A DNA stretch of 64,000 nucleotides. Origin: Candidatus Falkowbacteria bacterium. GTDB taxonomy: Bacteria > Patescibacteriota > Patescibacteriia > Patescibacteriales > UBA12465. The notes beneath the pieces were generated by a model. The model saw only the letters and a program-made list of their open reading frames with translations. It searched no databases and was not told the origin of the DNA. The position numbers and the translations under genes are program-made. The DNA is taken from assembly GCA_009885285.1 (NCBI GenBank), contig VFKX01000007.1:5046-69045 (forward strand). The letters run 5' to 3'. Shown here piece by piece: positions 1 to 9,980 of the stretch. The first letter of the stretch is position 1; each line of letters begins with the position of its first letter.

Positions 1-442
1 TCCGATTAAGACGGCCGCGTTCGCCAACCGTATTCTGAGCTAGAGACTTTTTAATCTTAATGAGGCTGGGCGCCAACTTATTCATGCGTACAATTGTCTT
101 GTCGCGCCGCGCCTCAGCCGCCGCTACCGCCTTCTGGAGAGAAGTCATCTTTGGCGGACCGCTCTTTTCCGTCGCTCCAGCTGCAGACGGCACAGAGCCC
201 AGCTGCTTAAAGACGCCGGAAATACTCTTGAGTTCCTCAGCACTCATTTCCCCCTTGAGCTTTGACATTGCTGAAGTCGCATTAAACTTGCCACTACGAA
301 TAGCGCCTTGAGCGCCCCGCACCACTTTCATGATCGTGGCATGCTTATCCTTCAAACTGCTATTCCTCGTCACATAACGCAGACTAGAGGAAAGCTTGCC
401 GATACTAAAGCCACTGCCGCCACTAATGCCGTGTAATTCCAT
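1..442 (-). CDS. Hypothetical protein, runs off the window start
   Basis: Read by hand: ATG at 442, directly after the stop of the 446-742 ORF, open to base 1 (MELHGISGGSGFSIGKLSSSLRYVTRNSSLKDK...). Not in the ORF track because it has no stop in the window. Confidence 0.75.
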   Translation of the reverse strand, partial: MELHGISGGSGFSIGKLSSSLRYVTRNSSLKDKHATIMKVVRGAQGAIRSGKFNATSAMSKLKGEMSAEELKSISGVFKQLGSVPSAAGATEKSGPPKMTSLQKAVAAAEARRDKTIVRMNKLAPSLIKIKKSLAQNTVGERGRLNR

Positions 443-445
443 ATA

Positions 446-742
446 TTATTTTTTAAAGCTGTCTAAGAGGTCATTAATCTGATTCAGGTCATATGAGGTT
501 AGTCCGAGTTTAACTCGGTTCTCATACAGACGATATTTATCTTCGCGAACTGTTAAGCCAGAGGGCTGAATGCCTTGGCGGATTTTCTCCTTATACTTCT
601 TAATGATGTTTAGCACCAGGTCGCGGTTGGCGCCGCTTAAGTTCTTATAATTTGGGTTAGTCCGCATCAATTCTTCCATCCGCTGGGTGATGCGGTAATT
701 GGTCTGATTAGCCATGTCTTTCGTCACGTCTTTTAAGTCCAT
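446..742 (-). CDS. Hypothetical small helical protein (98 aa)
   Basis: ORF with ATATG start context and an extended -10 (TGGTATAAT) about 27 nt upstream. Confidence 0.75.
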   Translation of the reverse strand: MDLKDVTKDMANQTNYRITQRMEELMRTNPNYKNLSGANRDLVLNIIKKYKEKIRQGIQPSGLTVREDKYRLYENRVKLGLTSYDLNQINDLLDSFKK

Positions 743-780
743 ATTTATATCGTTAATTTCACTTTGAATATTATACCATA

Positions 781-809
781 AAAAAAACCAGCTATAAAGC
801 TGATTTTTT
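781..809 (-). terminator. Intrinsic terminator after secY
   Basis: A7-CCAGCT-ATAA-AGCTGA-T6 hairpin flanked by A and T tracts. Confidence 0.7.
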
Positions 810-833
810 ATATATCACAATTTAATTCTCTAA

Positions 834-2108
834 TTAGATACCATCGTATTCACGCATCGTCATCTGCGCTTCAACTTGCTTAACGGTCTCAATAACCACA
901 GAGACGACGATCAGCAAACTGGTACCGCCGACAGCGAATGCCTGCATACCGGTAAAATACTTCATTAGCAGAGGCAAGACAGCAATCAGGCCCAAGAATA
1001 AAGCGCCGGCCAGGATAATCTTATGGGTTGTATAAGCCAAGTAATCACTAGTCGGCTTACCCGGTCTAATACCAGGAATAAAGCCTCCCTGTTTCTGTAA
1101 GTTCTCGGCAATCTGCGCCGGATGGAAAATAACTTCAGTATAGAAATAGGTGAAGGCAAAAACCAAAACGAAATAGACAATACCGTAGAAGAGTTGGTTA
1201 TTGAACAAAGTAATAACATTAGAAGCTGCACTGGCAATCCAAGCAGTCTTCGCGTGAATCAAGAACTGAGCCACCATAGACGGGAATAAGACAACAGAAA
1301 TCGCGAAGATAATCGGGATAACGCCGGCCATATTAACGCGCAACGGCAAATGAGTGCTGGTGCCGCCAAAAGTGCGGTTGCCGCGGACTTGGCGGGCATA
1401 CTGGACAGGCACATTGCGCTGACCTTCATTAATAATGACCACGCCAACAACGGTAATGACCGCGATAGCTACGAAGCCGATTAACATCAGCAATTGGCTC
1501 ATATCAAAGGTAGTGGCAATTTGCTGCACGGTCGTCGGCAAGCTGGCCACGATGCCGGCAAAAATAAGCAAGGAAATGCCATTTCCGACTTTCTTTTCAG
1601 TAATCAACTCACCGATCCACATCAAGAAGATGGAGCCGGCGGTAATAGTCAGAATCATCAGAGCAAAATCAAAGGGAGTGACGTTACCGAGAATGCCAGC
1701 TGACCCCTTACGCAATAAGGTAATCATGCCGTAAGACTGCAAGACAGCCAAAGGAACAGTTGCCCAACGGGTCCACATATTAATCTTCTGGCGGCCGGAT
1801 TCTTCCTTCTGCATTTCTTCAACAGAAGGGATAATCATACCTAAAAGCTGGAAGATAATTGAAGAGGTGATATACGGACCGACACCCATCATGACGATGG
1901 AGAAATTCTCCATGCCGCCTCCAGAGAACAGGTTCATCAGGCCCAAGAATTGGTTGGACGCGAATAAGTTCTTCAAGGCTACGGCGTTAACACCAGGAAC
2001 CGGGATATGGGCAGCCAGACGGAAGATAACGAGCATGCCAAGCACGAACAAGATACTGTTTCTTAAGTCTTTAGCTTTCCAGATTTGCTCTAGTTTATCA
2101 AAAATCAT
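834..2108 (-). CDS. secY: Preprotein translocase subunit SecY
   Basis: Polytopic membrane protein with GVGPYITSSII, GNGISLLIFAGI, IPGIRPG and GGTSLLIVV motifs. Confidence 0.99.
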   Translation of the reverse strand: MIFDKLEQIWKAKDLRNSILFVLGMLVIFRLAAHIPVPGVNAVALKNLFASNQFLGLMNLFSGGGMENFSIVMMGVGPYITSSIIFQLLGMIIPSVEEMQKEESGRQKINMWTRWATVPLAVLQSYGMITLLRKGSAGILGNVTPFDFALMILTITAGSIFLMWIGELITEKKVGNGISLLIFAGIVASLPTTVQQIATTFDMSQLLMLIGFVAIAVITVVGVVIINEGQRNVPVQYARQVRGNRTFGGTSTHLPLRVNMAGVIPIIFAISVVLFPSMVAQFLIHAKTAWIASAASNVITLFNNQLFYGIVYFVLVFAFTYFYTEVIFHPAQIAENLQKQGGFIPGIRPGKPTSDYLAYTTHKIILAGALFLGLIAVLPLLMKYFTGMQAFAVGGTSLLIVVSVVIETVKQVEAQMTMREYDGI

Positions 2109-2152
2109 ATTGACAATTTTAAAAAAAACTTAAATGGCTTAAACCGAGTGGC

Positions 2153-2566
2153 TTATTTCAATTGATCCCTGAGGGTGGCACTCATCTTGATGCGTTCAAA
2201 TTTAACCTTAACGGCTAATTTCTCTTTGCCCAAGACTTTAACCGGCAAAGTTGCGGAAGCAATCAGCTTCTTCTCGAACAAAGAAGCACCGTTTACAACA
2301 TCACCATCCTTAAAGTGGCTATTGATAGCACTGATAGCAACAACCTGATTCTTCGGCTTCAAAGACTTGAAACCTTTGGATTTCGGGATCTGCAATAATT
2401 GCGCCTTCATACCTAAGCGCTTCAAACCAGAAACACCAGAACGAGAACGCTGACCCTTCTGACCCTTAGTACTGTAAGTACCGTGGCCGGAAGCGTTACC
2501 GCGACCGACACGCTTTCTCGGTTTAGCGCGGCCCTTAGTTTTGGTTATTGTATTAAGTGATAACAT
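2153..2566 (-). CDS. rplO: 50S ribosomal protein L15
   Basis: RKRVGRG..SGHG..KGQKGQRSRSG motif; spc operon position. Confidence 0.97.
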   Translation of the reverse strand: MLSLNTITKTKGRAKPRKRVGRGNASGHGTYSTKGQKGQRSRSGVSGLKRLGMKAQLLQIPKSKGFKSLKPKNQVVAISAINSHFKDGDVVNGASLFEKKLIASATLPVKVLGKEKLAVKVKFERIKMSATLRDQLK

Positions 2567-2594
2567 ATTATTTTTGAAGTCTAATTAAACAAGC

Positions 2595-3233
2595 TTATTT
2601 ATCGCTCTTCAGTTCAGTCGCTTCAGCCTTAACGGCTTTCGGTTCGCGGGTGCGCAAAGCCTTGAGAGCTAAGATAGTACAACGAGCATTATTGATCTTA
2701 TTGTTTGATCCTAAAGCCTTACTAGTAATATTCTTAATGCCAGCGAGCTCTAAAATGATTCTGGTAACACCACCGGCAATAACACCGCGACCAGCCTTAG
2801 CTGGCTTAATCATTACGAGAGCGGCACCATTTTTCTGAGTAACAGCATGAGGGATAGTGTCTTTCACAGTCGGAACCTTAACCATATCTTTCTTAGCGCG
2901 ATTGACAGCCTTATTTACAGCCATAGTCACATCAGCACCTTTACCAAGTCCGACGCCGACGCTGCCCTTACGGTCACCGATAGCGACGCAAGCACGGAAG
3001 TTCATTCTTTTGCCACCAGCCATAACACGAGTTACGCGGGCAACTTCCAGGATGCGCTGTTCCATTTCGTCTTTCGGTTTATCGTCACGGCGATCACCGC
3101 GGCCTTTACCTCGTCCGCCTTGGAATCCGCCGCCAGGACGTTTCTTCTCGCCGTAGAGATCCTTGGCAACTGTGGCAGATGCTCCTTGGCTGACATTAGC
3201 CTTGGCTCCGGTTGTAGTTTTTTTGTCTTCCAT
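2595..3233 (-). CDS. rpsE: 30S ribosomal protein S5, N-terminal extension
   Basis: RVTRVMAGGKR and G.GVIAGG motifs. Confidence 0.98.
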   Translation of the reverse strand: MEDKKTTTGAKANVSQGASATVAKDLYGEKKRPGGGFQGGRGKGRGDRRDDKPKDEMEQRILEVARVTRVMAGGKRMNFRACVAIGDRKGSVGVGLGKGADVTMAVNKAVNRAKKDMVKVPTVKDTIPHAVTQKNGAALVMIKPAKAGRGVIAGGVTRIILELAGIKNITSKALGSNNKINNARCTILALKALRTREPKAVKAEATELKSDK

Positions 3234-3261
3234 ATAATGATTGCTAATTGCGATTTATAGT

Positions 3262-3615
3262 TTAAAATTTCAAGCCGCCTTCACGTGCTCCTTCTGCTGC
3301 CGCTTTAACCCGGCCGTGATATTTGTAAGCGCCGCGATCAAAGACTACCGACTCGATTTTCTTATCCTTGGCTTTAGCCGCGATAATTTTACCGAGCTCT
3401 TTGCCGGATTCAGTCTTATTAACCTTCGCCTTCAACTCTTTCATGCCGGCGCTGGCTAAAGTCTGATTGCTTATATCGTCAATCAACTGCAAGAACATGC
3501 CTTTATTGGAGCGAAAAACACTCAAACGAGGGCGAGACTCAGTCCCGGAGATTTTAGCGCGGACGCGTCCGTGACGTCTGTCTGCTCTTTGTTTATTGGC
3601 CTTGATTTTATCCAT
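3262..3615 (-). CDS. rplR: 50S ribosomal protein L18
   Basis: RPRLSVFRSNK and VFDRGAYKYHGRV motifs. Confidence 0.98.
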   Translation of the reverse strand: MDKIKANKQRADRRHGRVRAKISGTESRPRLSVFRSNKGMFLQLIDDISNQTLASAGMKELKAKVNKTESGKELGKIIAAKAKDKKIESVVFDRGAYKYHGRVKAAAEGAREGGLKF

Positions 3616-3642
3616 ATAATTAAAATTCTTATCAGCTTAAAA

Positions 3643-4188
3643 TTATTTACCTTTAGCAGCCGCTTTACCGGCTTTACGACGAATGACTTCATCGACATAT
3701 TTAACACCCTTTCCTTTATAAGGTTCCGGCTTACGGATCTTTCTGATTTGAGCGGCGGTCTCGCCGACCAAAGCCTTGTCTGCACCTTCCAAAGTAATAA
3801 CATTAGCAGCCACCGAAGCGGTAATACCGACAGGTAATTTGAATTCAATCGGATGGGAAAAGCCAAGACTCATATTTAATTGGTTGCCAGCCACCGCAGC
3901 GCGGTAACCAACACCGTTGATTTCTAATTTTTTAACGAAACCAGTCGAGACACCAATCACGTTATTGCGGATCAAACTCCACATTAAACCCCACATGGCG
4001 CTGGCATTCTTCGCCTCTTTATCATGAGGAGCTACAACGATCTCGTCGCCTTCAAGCTTGGCAGCGATAAGCGGATTGAGCTTCAAGCGTAATTCGCCTT
4101 TAGGGCCTTTGAAGGTGTACTCAGTAGCGTTAGCTGCAAAAGTAGTTCCGGCCGGCAATTTAATTGGTAGTTTTCCTAAACGTGACAT
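3643..4188 (-). CDS. rplF: 50S ribosomal protein L6
   Basis: MSRLGKLPI start; RKPEPYKGKG motif. Confidence 0.98.
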   Translation of the reverse strand: MSRLGKLPIKLPAGTTFAANATEYTFKGPKGELRLKLNPLIAAKLEGDEIVVAPHDKEAKNASAMWGLMWSLIRNNVIGVSTGFVKKLEINGVGYRAAVAGNQLNMSLGFSHPIEFKLPVGITASVAANVITLEGADKALVGETAAQIRKIRKPEPYKGKGVKYVDEVIRRKAGKAAAKGK

Positions 4189-4211
4189 ATAAGTAAAATA
4201 AATTGAGATGA

Positions 4212-4622
4212 TTAATAAATTTCGCCGAGAACTTCTCCGCCGACCTGAGCCTTTTTAGCCTGCTTATCAGTCATTAAGCCGTTAGAGGTAGAAATGATAG
4301 CGATACCGAAGTTATTAAGCACGGTCGGGATTTCATCCTTGGAAACATAAATCTTCAAACCAGGGCGGCTGATGCGCTTGATTGAGCTGATCTGAGGTTT
4401 GCCATTCTTATGGTATTTCAATTGAAGCAGTAATTCGTCGAAACTGCTATGGCGTCCGTTCAAGCCGCCGGCGACCACCTCTGCCTTCTTAATCCAACCC
4501 TCAGTCTCTAAAATCTTAGCGATTTCGAGCTTAAGTTTGCTAAGCGGCAAGGAAACCTCCGACTTTTTGACAGCGGATGCGTTTCTGATTCTTGTGAACA
4601 TGTCTGCGATGGGATCCATCAT
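4212..4622 (-). CDS. rpsH: 30S ribosomal protein S8
   Basis: DPIADMFTRIRN, RISRPG and STSNG motifs. Confidence 0.98.
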   Translation of the reverse strand: MMDPIADMFTRIRNASAVKKSEVSLPLSKLKLEIAKILETEGWIKKAEVVAGGLNGRHSSFDELLLQLKYHKNGKPQISSIKRISRPGLKIYVSKDEIPTVLNNFGIAIISTSNGLMTDKQAKKAQVGGEVLGEIY

Positions 4623-4650
4623 ATTTTTAGGTTAACTTAATTACTTATTT

Positions 4651-4836
4651 TTACCAACTAGACTTCGTAATGCCCGGTAAATCGCCATTGGAGGCTAATT
4701 CGCGGAAACAAATACGGCATAATTTAAAATCACGCATGAAGCTGTGGTTACGGCCGCAGCGCCAGCACCGATTGATTTTTCTAGTAGAAAACTTCGGTTT
4801 TCTCTTTGCTTTGACGATTAATGCAGTTCTTGCCAT
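4651..4836 (-). CDS. rpsZ: 30S ribosomal protein S14, zinc-binding type
   Basis: 61 aa with CWRC...CRIC zinc motif. Confidence 0.97.
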   Translation of the reverse strand: MARTALIVKAKRKPKFSTRKINRCWRCGRNHSFMRDFKLCRICFRELASNGDLPGITKSSW

Positions 4837-4847
4837 ATATATTTAAA

Positions 4848-5393
4848 TTATTTGGTATCTTTTTTAAACGGGAAGCCCATCAAGCGGAAAAGCTCCAAAC
4901 CTTCAGCTCTGTTCTTAGCGTTAGTCGCCAAGCAAACTTCTAAGCCGAAAATATTGTCAACTTCTTCTGCATGGATTTCCGGAAAACATGTATAATCCTT
5001 GAAACCGATAGTCATGTTTCCTTCTCTGTCTAAACCTTTTTCAGAGATACCGCGGAAGTCGCGAACGCGAGGGAAAGTAATATTTACCAGCTTATCGATA
5101 AAATCATACATCTGCTGGCCGCGTAAAGTGACCTTAGCGCCGATCACCAAGCCTTCTCTGATTTTAAAGGCAGAAATAGATTTCTTGGCGGCGGTCATCA
5201 CCGGCTTCTGGCCGGCAATCTTAGTCAGGGCTTTTTCCACGCCGGCGACAAATTCTTTTTCCTTAAGATGATGTCCGAAGCCAATGTTAATAACTACCTT
5301 AGTTAAACGAGGCACGAGCATGTTATTCTTAAATCCGAATTTCTCCTTTAATTCCGGAACGATAGATTTTTGATATTTTTCTCTTAATTTCAT
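4848..5393 (-). CDS. rplE: 50S ribosomal protein L5
   Basis: FPRVRDFRG motif; ATG at 5393 preferred over the overlapping TTG at 5405. Confidence 0.97.
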   Translation of the reverse strand: MKLREKYQKSIVPELKEKFGFKNNMLVPRLTKVVINIGFGHHLKEKEFVAGVEKALTKIAGQKPVMTAAKKSISAFKIREGLVIGAKVTLRGQQMYDFIDKLVNITFPRVRDFRGISEKGLDREGNMTIGFKDYTCFPEIHAEEVDNIFGLEVCLATNAKNRAEGLELFRLMGFPFKKDTK

Positions 5394-5397
5394 AGAA

Positions 5398-5721
5398 TTA
5401 CTCAATTATTTCCTGACATTTTTTACAAACTCTAAATTTTTTAGCTGCCTTCCCTTCTGTCTTGACGGTCTTGTGGCCGACTCTGGTCGCCTGGCCGCAC
5501 TTCGGACAAACTAAAGCCATATTGTCAGCTTTCATGAAAGCCGGGAATTCAATCCGCTGGCCTTTCTCGCCATTGCGGTTCGGGCGCATATGCTTAACCG
5601 CCAAATTCAAGCCTTCGATGCTCGCCTTGTTTTCAGACGGGAGCACCTGCAAAACCTTGCCGGACTTGCCTTTGTCCTTGCCGGCTAAGATTTTAACTTT
5701 GTCATTCTTTTTGATATTCAT
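5398..5721 (-). CDS. rplX: 50S ribosomal protein L24
   Basis: GKDKGKSGKV KOW motif; CPKC...CKKC. Confidence 0.97.
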   Translation of the reverse strand: MNIKKNDKVKILAGKDKGKSGKVLQVLPSENKASIEGLNLAVKHMRPNRNGEKGQRIEFPAFMKADNMALVCPKCGQATRVGHKTVKTEGKAAKKFRVCKKCQEIIE

Positions 5722-5742
5722 ATTATTTCTGGCTTGATTTTT

Positions 5743-6117
5743 TTATAAAACTTCCGGGGCTAAAGAAGCTATCTTCACGAAACCTTCGCGACGCACTTCT
5801 CTGGCGATCGGTCCAAAGATACGGGTTCCCTTCGGATCCTTCTTAACAATGTCATTGATGATAACGCAGGCATTATCGTCAAAGCGGACATAAGAACCGT
5901 CTGGGCGGCGGATTTCCTTTTTAGTGCGGACAATCACGGCCTTAGCCACATCGCCTTTCTTAATGGCGGCGTGAGGAACAGCTGATTTGACAGCCACGAT
6001 AACGATATCGCCGACATGGCCATAACGTCTCTTGAAACCTCCTAAAACACGGATGCACATCACTTCTTTGGCACCGGAATTATCGGCTACTTTTAAATAT
6101 GTTTGTACTTGGACCAT
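5743..6117 (-). CDS. rplN: 50S ribosomal protein L14
   Basis: [13 protein letters not shown] and GTRIFGP motifs. Confidence 0.99.
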   Translation of the reverse strand: MVQVQTYLKVADNSGAKEVMCIRVLGGFKRRYGHVGDIVIVAVKSAVPHAAIKKGDVAKAVIVRTKKEIRRPDGSYVRFDDNACVIINDIVKKDPKGTRIFGPIAREVRREGFVKIASLAPEVL

Positions 6118-6139
6118 ATGATTAGTTTCAATTTATCTA

Positions 6140-6418
6140 TTAGGAATTCTTGCTTACTCTCCATCTTTTATCGCGGCTCAGCGGGCGGCACTCCACAAAG
6201 TTAACCTTATCACCGACATGGAATTCATTCTTTTCATCATGAACCTTGTACTTGCGGCTGACGGTATAGCGCTTCTGGTATTTAGGATGTTTCTTGACGG
6301 ATTCAACCTTAACCAAAATAGTTTTGTCGTTCTTATCACTGACGACGACGCCACTAAAAGTACGGCTGATGACATCCGGCTTTTTTACTTCTTCCTTTTT
6401 AGGTGTGACTGCGCTCAT
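6140..6418 (-). CDS. rpsQ: 30S ribosomal protein S17
   Basis: GVVVSDK.DKTI and ECRPLS..KRW motifs. Confidence 0.98.
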   Translation of the reverse strand: MSAVTPKKEEVKKPDVISRTFSGVVVSDKNDKTILVKVESVKKHPKYQKRYTVSRKYKVHDEKNEFHVGDKVNFVECRPLSRDKRWRVSKNS

Positions 6419-6419
6419 A

Positions 6420-6605
6420 TTATTTTTTCTTATTTAATATAGTTAAAACCTGAGCAATCTGCTCTTTAACGATTCTGATTTCCCGAACGTTCTTTAATTG
6501 CTTATTAGAATCCTTAAAGCGCAGCTCGCGCAATTTCTCGCGGCCCTGGCCCAATAACTTCTGCAATTCAGCCTCGCTCTTGGTTTGTAATTCTTTGAAT
6601 TCCAT
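6420..6605 (-). CDS. rpmC: 50S ribosomal protein L29
   Basis: 61 aa helical hairpin between L16 and S17. Confidence 0.93.
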   Translation of the reverse strand: MEFKELQTKSEAELQKLLGQGREKLRELRFKDSNKQLKNVREIRIVKEQIAQVLTILNKKK

Positions 6606-6631
6606 ATATTTTTCCTAATTTAGTCTTTAAC

Positions 6632-7045
6632 TTACGAATTATCTTTGGCAATGAATTGGCATTTGACCGGTAACTTGTGGGCGGCTAATTCCATCGCCTT
6701 CTTAGCTGTTTCTTTATCAAGACCTTCGATTTCAAACATGACCATACCCGGCTTGATGATAGCTACATAGTAATCGACAGCACCTTTACCTTTACCCATC
6801 GGGATTTCACCACCATGAGCGGTAATCGGTTTATCAGGGAAAATTCTGATCCAAATCTGGCCGCCTTTCTTGATATATTTAGTCATCACGCGACGAGCGG
6901 ATTCAATCTGGCGGGAGGTCACCCAGCAAGCAGTCAGACTCTTTAAGCCATAGCTACCGAAACTGATATTCAGGTTACGGCTAGCCTTGCCGCCGCGGCG
7001 GCGCTTCTGGTCTTTTCTCCATTTAGTTTTCTTTGGCATTAACAT
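6632..7045 (-). CDS. rplP: 50S ribosomal protein L16
   Basis: MLMPKKTK start; WIRIFPDKP and MGKGKG motifs. Confidence 0.98.
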   Translation of the reverse strand: MLMPKKTKWRKDQKRRRGGKASRNLNISFGSYGLKSLTACWVTSRQIESARRVMTKYIKKGGQIWIRIFPDKPITAHGGEIPMGKGKGAVDYYVAIIKPGMVMFEIEGLDKETAKKAMELAAHKLPVKCQFIAKDNS

Positions 7046-7070
7046 ATGTTTTGCAGATTTGTGTTATTTG

Positions 7071-7751
7071 TTATTCGGCGATCACTTCGCCCTTAGCCGC
7101 ACTTTCCTTTTCAAAAACTTCTCCCTTATAGACCCAGACTTTAACACCGATAGCACCATAAGTGGTATGAGCGGCTCCGCGAGCGTAGTCAATATCAGCG
7201 CGTAATGTTTGTAAAGGCACTTTACCCCAGACCAATTTCTCGGTTCTGGCGATTTCTGCACCGTTCAAACGTCCGGAGATAACGATCTTGGCGCCAAGAG
7301 CGCCAGCTCTTTCAACTTTGCCCAAGTTCTGTTTCATGACTTTTCTGAAAGGCATTCTCTTTTCGATATCCAGGATCATGGTCTGAACGATAATTTGAGC
7401 GCTTAAATTCGGGCGGCTATATTCTTTAATATTCAAACTGATTTCACCCATCCGGAAATTCTTTAAGAATTTATCATGGAGCTTCTTCTTCAGGTCTTCT
7501 GCGCCATTGCCACCGCGACCGATAATCAAGCCTGGTTTAGCAGTAGTAACGTTAATTTCAACCTTACCGATGGTGCGAATAATCTGCACCTGATCAACGC
7601 CGGCTTCCTTAAATTCCTTAATCATGTAGCGGCGGATAGAAATATCCTGCTTCACATTATTAATGTAATTATCACCAGATTCAAACCATAAAGAGGCCCA
7701 AGTCTTGGTGATGCCCATGCGAAATATTTTCGGATTAACTTTTTTACCCAT
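7071..7751 (-). CDS. rpsC: 30S ribosomal protein S3
   Basis: MGKKVNP start; SGRLNGAEIAR and PLQTLRADIDY motifs. Confidence 0.99.
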   Translation of the reverse strand: MGKKVNPKIFRMGITKTWASLWFESGDNYINNVKQDISIRRYMIKEFKEAGVDQVQIIRTIGKVEINVTTAKPGLIIGRGGNGAEDLKKKLHDKFLKNFRMGEISLNIKEYSRPNLSAQIIVQTMILDIEKRMPFRKVMKQNLGKVERAGALGAKIVISGRLNGAEIARTEKLVWGKVPLQTLRADIDYARGAAHTTYGAIGVKVWVYKGEVFEKESAAKGEVIAE

Positions 7752-7793
7752 ATGAATTCAATTACGAATTAAGAATTTATTTTTGCTTGCTTA

Positions 7794-8300
7794 TTAACCG
7801 GCTTTTCTTCTGAACATTCTAGCCTTTTCACCAGCCGCTTTCTTGGTCTGGTCCTTATCAGCCTTGATGCCGGATTTCTGAGCAGCCGCTTCACCTTCCT
7901 TGACTAACTTCTCCAGTTTAACCGGATCAGCCGCCTTAACGACTTTCTTTTCCTTGAGACCGCTTTCCTTGATTTCACCAAGGATTAAGCTCAAGTGACA
8001 GCCGCGTTTGCGGATGGAAGTGGCTCGGCCATGGGCGCGAGGCATCCATCTTTTCAACATGACACCTTCGTCAGAACGGATTTCCTTGATATATAAATTG
8101 TCGCGGTCCAGTCCGTAAGTATTGACACCGTTAGCGATAGCAGACTTGATAAGCTTAGCAATCGGCTCAGCGGCTAATTTGCCGACGAAGCGCAATTGAT
8201 CCAAAGCGGCATCAACCGGCATCTTGCGGATCAGGTCAATCACCAAACGGGTTTTCCGAGGTGACATTCTCAAATGGTTTAAATTGGCTTTTACTTCCAT
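7794..8300 (-). CDS. rplV: 50S ribosomal protein L22, Lys-rich C-terminal extension
   Basis: RMSPRK and KRWMPRAHGRA motifs; ATG at 8300. Confidence 0.97.
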   Translation of the reverse strand: MEVKANLNHLRMSPRKTRLVIDLIRKMPVDAALDQLRFVGKLAAEPIAKLIKSAIANGVNTYGLDRDNLYIKEIRSDEGVMLKRWMPRAHGRATSIRKRGCHLSLILGEIKESGLKEKKVVKAADPVKLEKLVKEGEAAAQKSGIKADKDQTKKAAGEKARMFRRKAG

Positions 8301-8334
8301 ATTAGTCAAAGATTAATAATTTCTTATACGTGCG

Positions 8335-8622
8335 TTACTTCTTGTCGCCAGCCTGGCTCTTAGCCATCTTACCGCCGTGGCCTAAGAATTTCTTAGTCGG
8401 TGAAAATTCACCTAAGCGATGGCCAACCATGTTTTCAACAACGTAAACCGGGATATGGGTCTTGCCGTTGTGGACGCCGAGAGTAAACCCGACCATTTCA
8501 GGAGTAATCGAACAAGCGCGATCCCAAACCTTAATCACGGTTTTATCTTCCGCTTTCAAGTTCTTAATCTTATTGACCAAGCGCAGGTTGACGTATGGAC
8601 CCTTTTTTAAACTTCTGGACAT
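8335..8622 (-). CDS. rpsS: 30S ribosomal protein S19
   Basis: MSRSLKKGP start; MVGHRLGEF motif. Confidence 0.99.
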   Translation of the reverse strand: MSRSLKKGPYVNLRLVNKIKNLKAEDKTVIKVWDRACSITPEMVGFTLGVHNGKTHIPVYVVENMVGHRLGEFSPTKKFLGHGGKMAKSQAGDKK

Positions 8623-8627
8623 ATATT

Positions 8628-9464
8628 TTATTTACGTTTAGCTCTTCTCTTAATTATTAAACGGTCACTGTGACGTTTTTTTCTAGTCTTAACACCAAGT
8701 GCTGGTTTACCCCAGATTGTCTTAGGATGGGTCAAACCGATAGATTGGTTACCTTCACCGCCGCCGTGTGGGTGGTCATTCGGATTCATAGCGCTGCCAC
8801 GAACTGTCGGACGAATACCTAAGTGACGGCTGCGGCCGGCTTTACCGAGGGAAATGTGGCGATGATCAGGGTTAGAAGCGCGGCCGATAGTGCACATGCA
8901 TTCTTTCTTGACCTGACGAATTTCACCAGATGGCATCTTTAACTGGGCATATTTACCTTCAACACCCATGACATAAACGATATTACCAGCAGAACGAGCG
9001 ATTTTAGCGCCTGCGCCAGGTTCTAATTCAACGCAACTAACAGCCATACCAGCCGGAATATATTGCAATTGAACGGCATTGCCATTCTTCAATTCGATTA
9101 AATCTTGAGAACTTGTTACTTTATCGCCAACCTTCAAATCAGTCGGAGCGACGATGTATCTCTTAGCACCGTCAGCGAAATGTAATAAAGCTAAGCGAGA
9201 ACCTCTGTTTGGATCGTATTCAATAGAAGCGACAGTCGCTTCAACGTTGAACTTATCACGTTTAAAGTCCACTAAGCGGATATAGCGCTTGGAGCCGCCG
9301 CCACGATGACGAACAGTAATTTTTCCGGTGGAGTTGCGGCCGCCAGTCTTCTTTTTGATAACGATTAATCTTTTTTCCGGAACAACCCTAGTGACATCTT
9401 CAAAATCGTCGAAGGTAGCTTCGCGTCGTCCTGGAGTATTCGCTTTTACTTTTTTGATACCCAT
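8628..9464 (-). CDS. rplB: 50S ribosomal protein L2
   Basis: IEYDPNR and [20 protein letters not shown] motifs. Confidence 0.99.
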   Translation of the reverse strand: MGIKKVKANTPGRREATFDDFEDVTRVVPEKRLIVIKKKTGGRNSTGKITVRHRGGGSKRYIRLVDFKRDKFNVEATVASIEYDPNRGSRLALLHFADGAKRYIVAPTDLKVGDKVTSSQDLIELKNGNAVQLQYIPAGMAVSCVELEPGAGAKIARSAGNIVYVMGVEGKYAQLKMPSGEIRQVKKECMCTIGRASNPDHRHISLGKAGRSRHLGIRPTVRGSAMNPNDHPHGGGEGNQSIGLTHPKTIWGKPALGVKTRKKRHSDRLIIKRRAKRK

Positions 9465-9489
9465 ATGTGCAAGAAAAAAATTTTATAAA

Positions 9490-9972
9490 TTAAACGCCTT
9501 CGTAAATAGTGATAGCTTCGCCCTTAGCGAGAGTCACGATAGCTTTCCGCCAATCGCTTCTCTGACCCTGGATGCGTCCGCGGGAAACTTTCTTACCGGA
9601 GACATTAACGATATTTACTTTAATTGGAGTGACGCCGTAAGTGGCTTTAACCGCTTTGGCGACCTCAATCTTATTAGCGCTTTCTGCTACGATGAAAACA
9701 TATTTATTAGCACCGACCAGATTAGTTGCTTTTTCAGTGATCAGCGGGCTAACTAGCACGCGATAGGAATCATTGATTTTAGAAACAGTGGCAACGGTAG
9801 CCTTCTTTGAGCCGGAAACCTTAGCGGTCCCAGCATACAAATCCTGCATGCTAGTTGCTTCGTCAGTTTTCCCCTCATCTTTGTTAACCGATTTAGCCGC
9901 AGTTTTCACCGCTGCTTTCGCAGTCGGCTTCTTTGCCACTTCCTCGTCTTTTTTTGTTCCAAATATTGCCAT
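9490..9972 (-). CDS. rplW: 50S ribosomal protein L23, ~65 aa N-terminal extension
   Basis: PLITEKA, ANKIEV and WRKAIVTL motifs. Confidence 0.96.
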   Translation of the reverse strand: MAIFGTKKDEEVAKKPTAKAAVKTAAKSVNKDEGKTDEATSMQDLYAGTAKVSGSKKATVATVSKINDSYRVLVSPLITEKATNLVGANKYVFIVAESANKIEVAKAVKATYGVTPIKVNIVNVSGKKVSRGRIQGQRSDWRKAIVTLAKGEAITIYEGV

Positions 9973-9980
9973 ATGATTGA

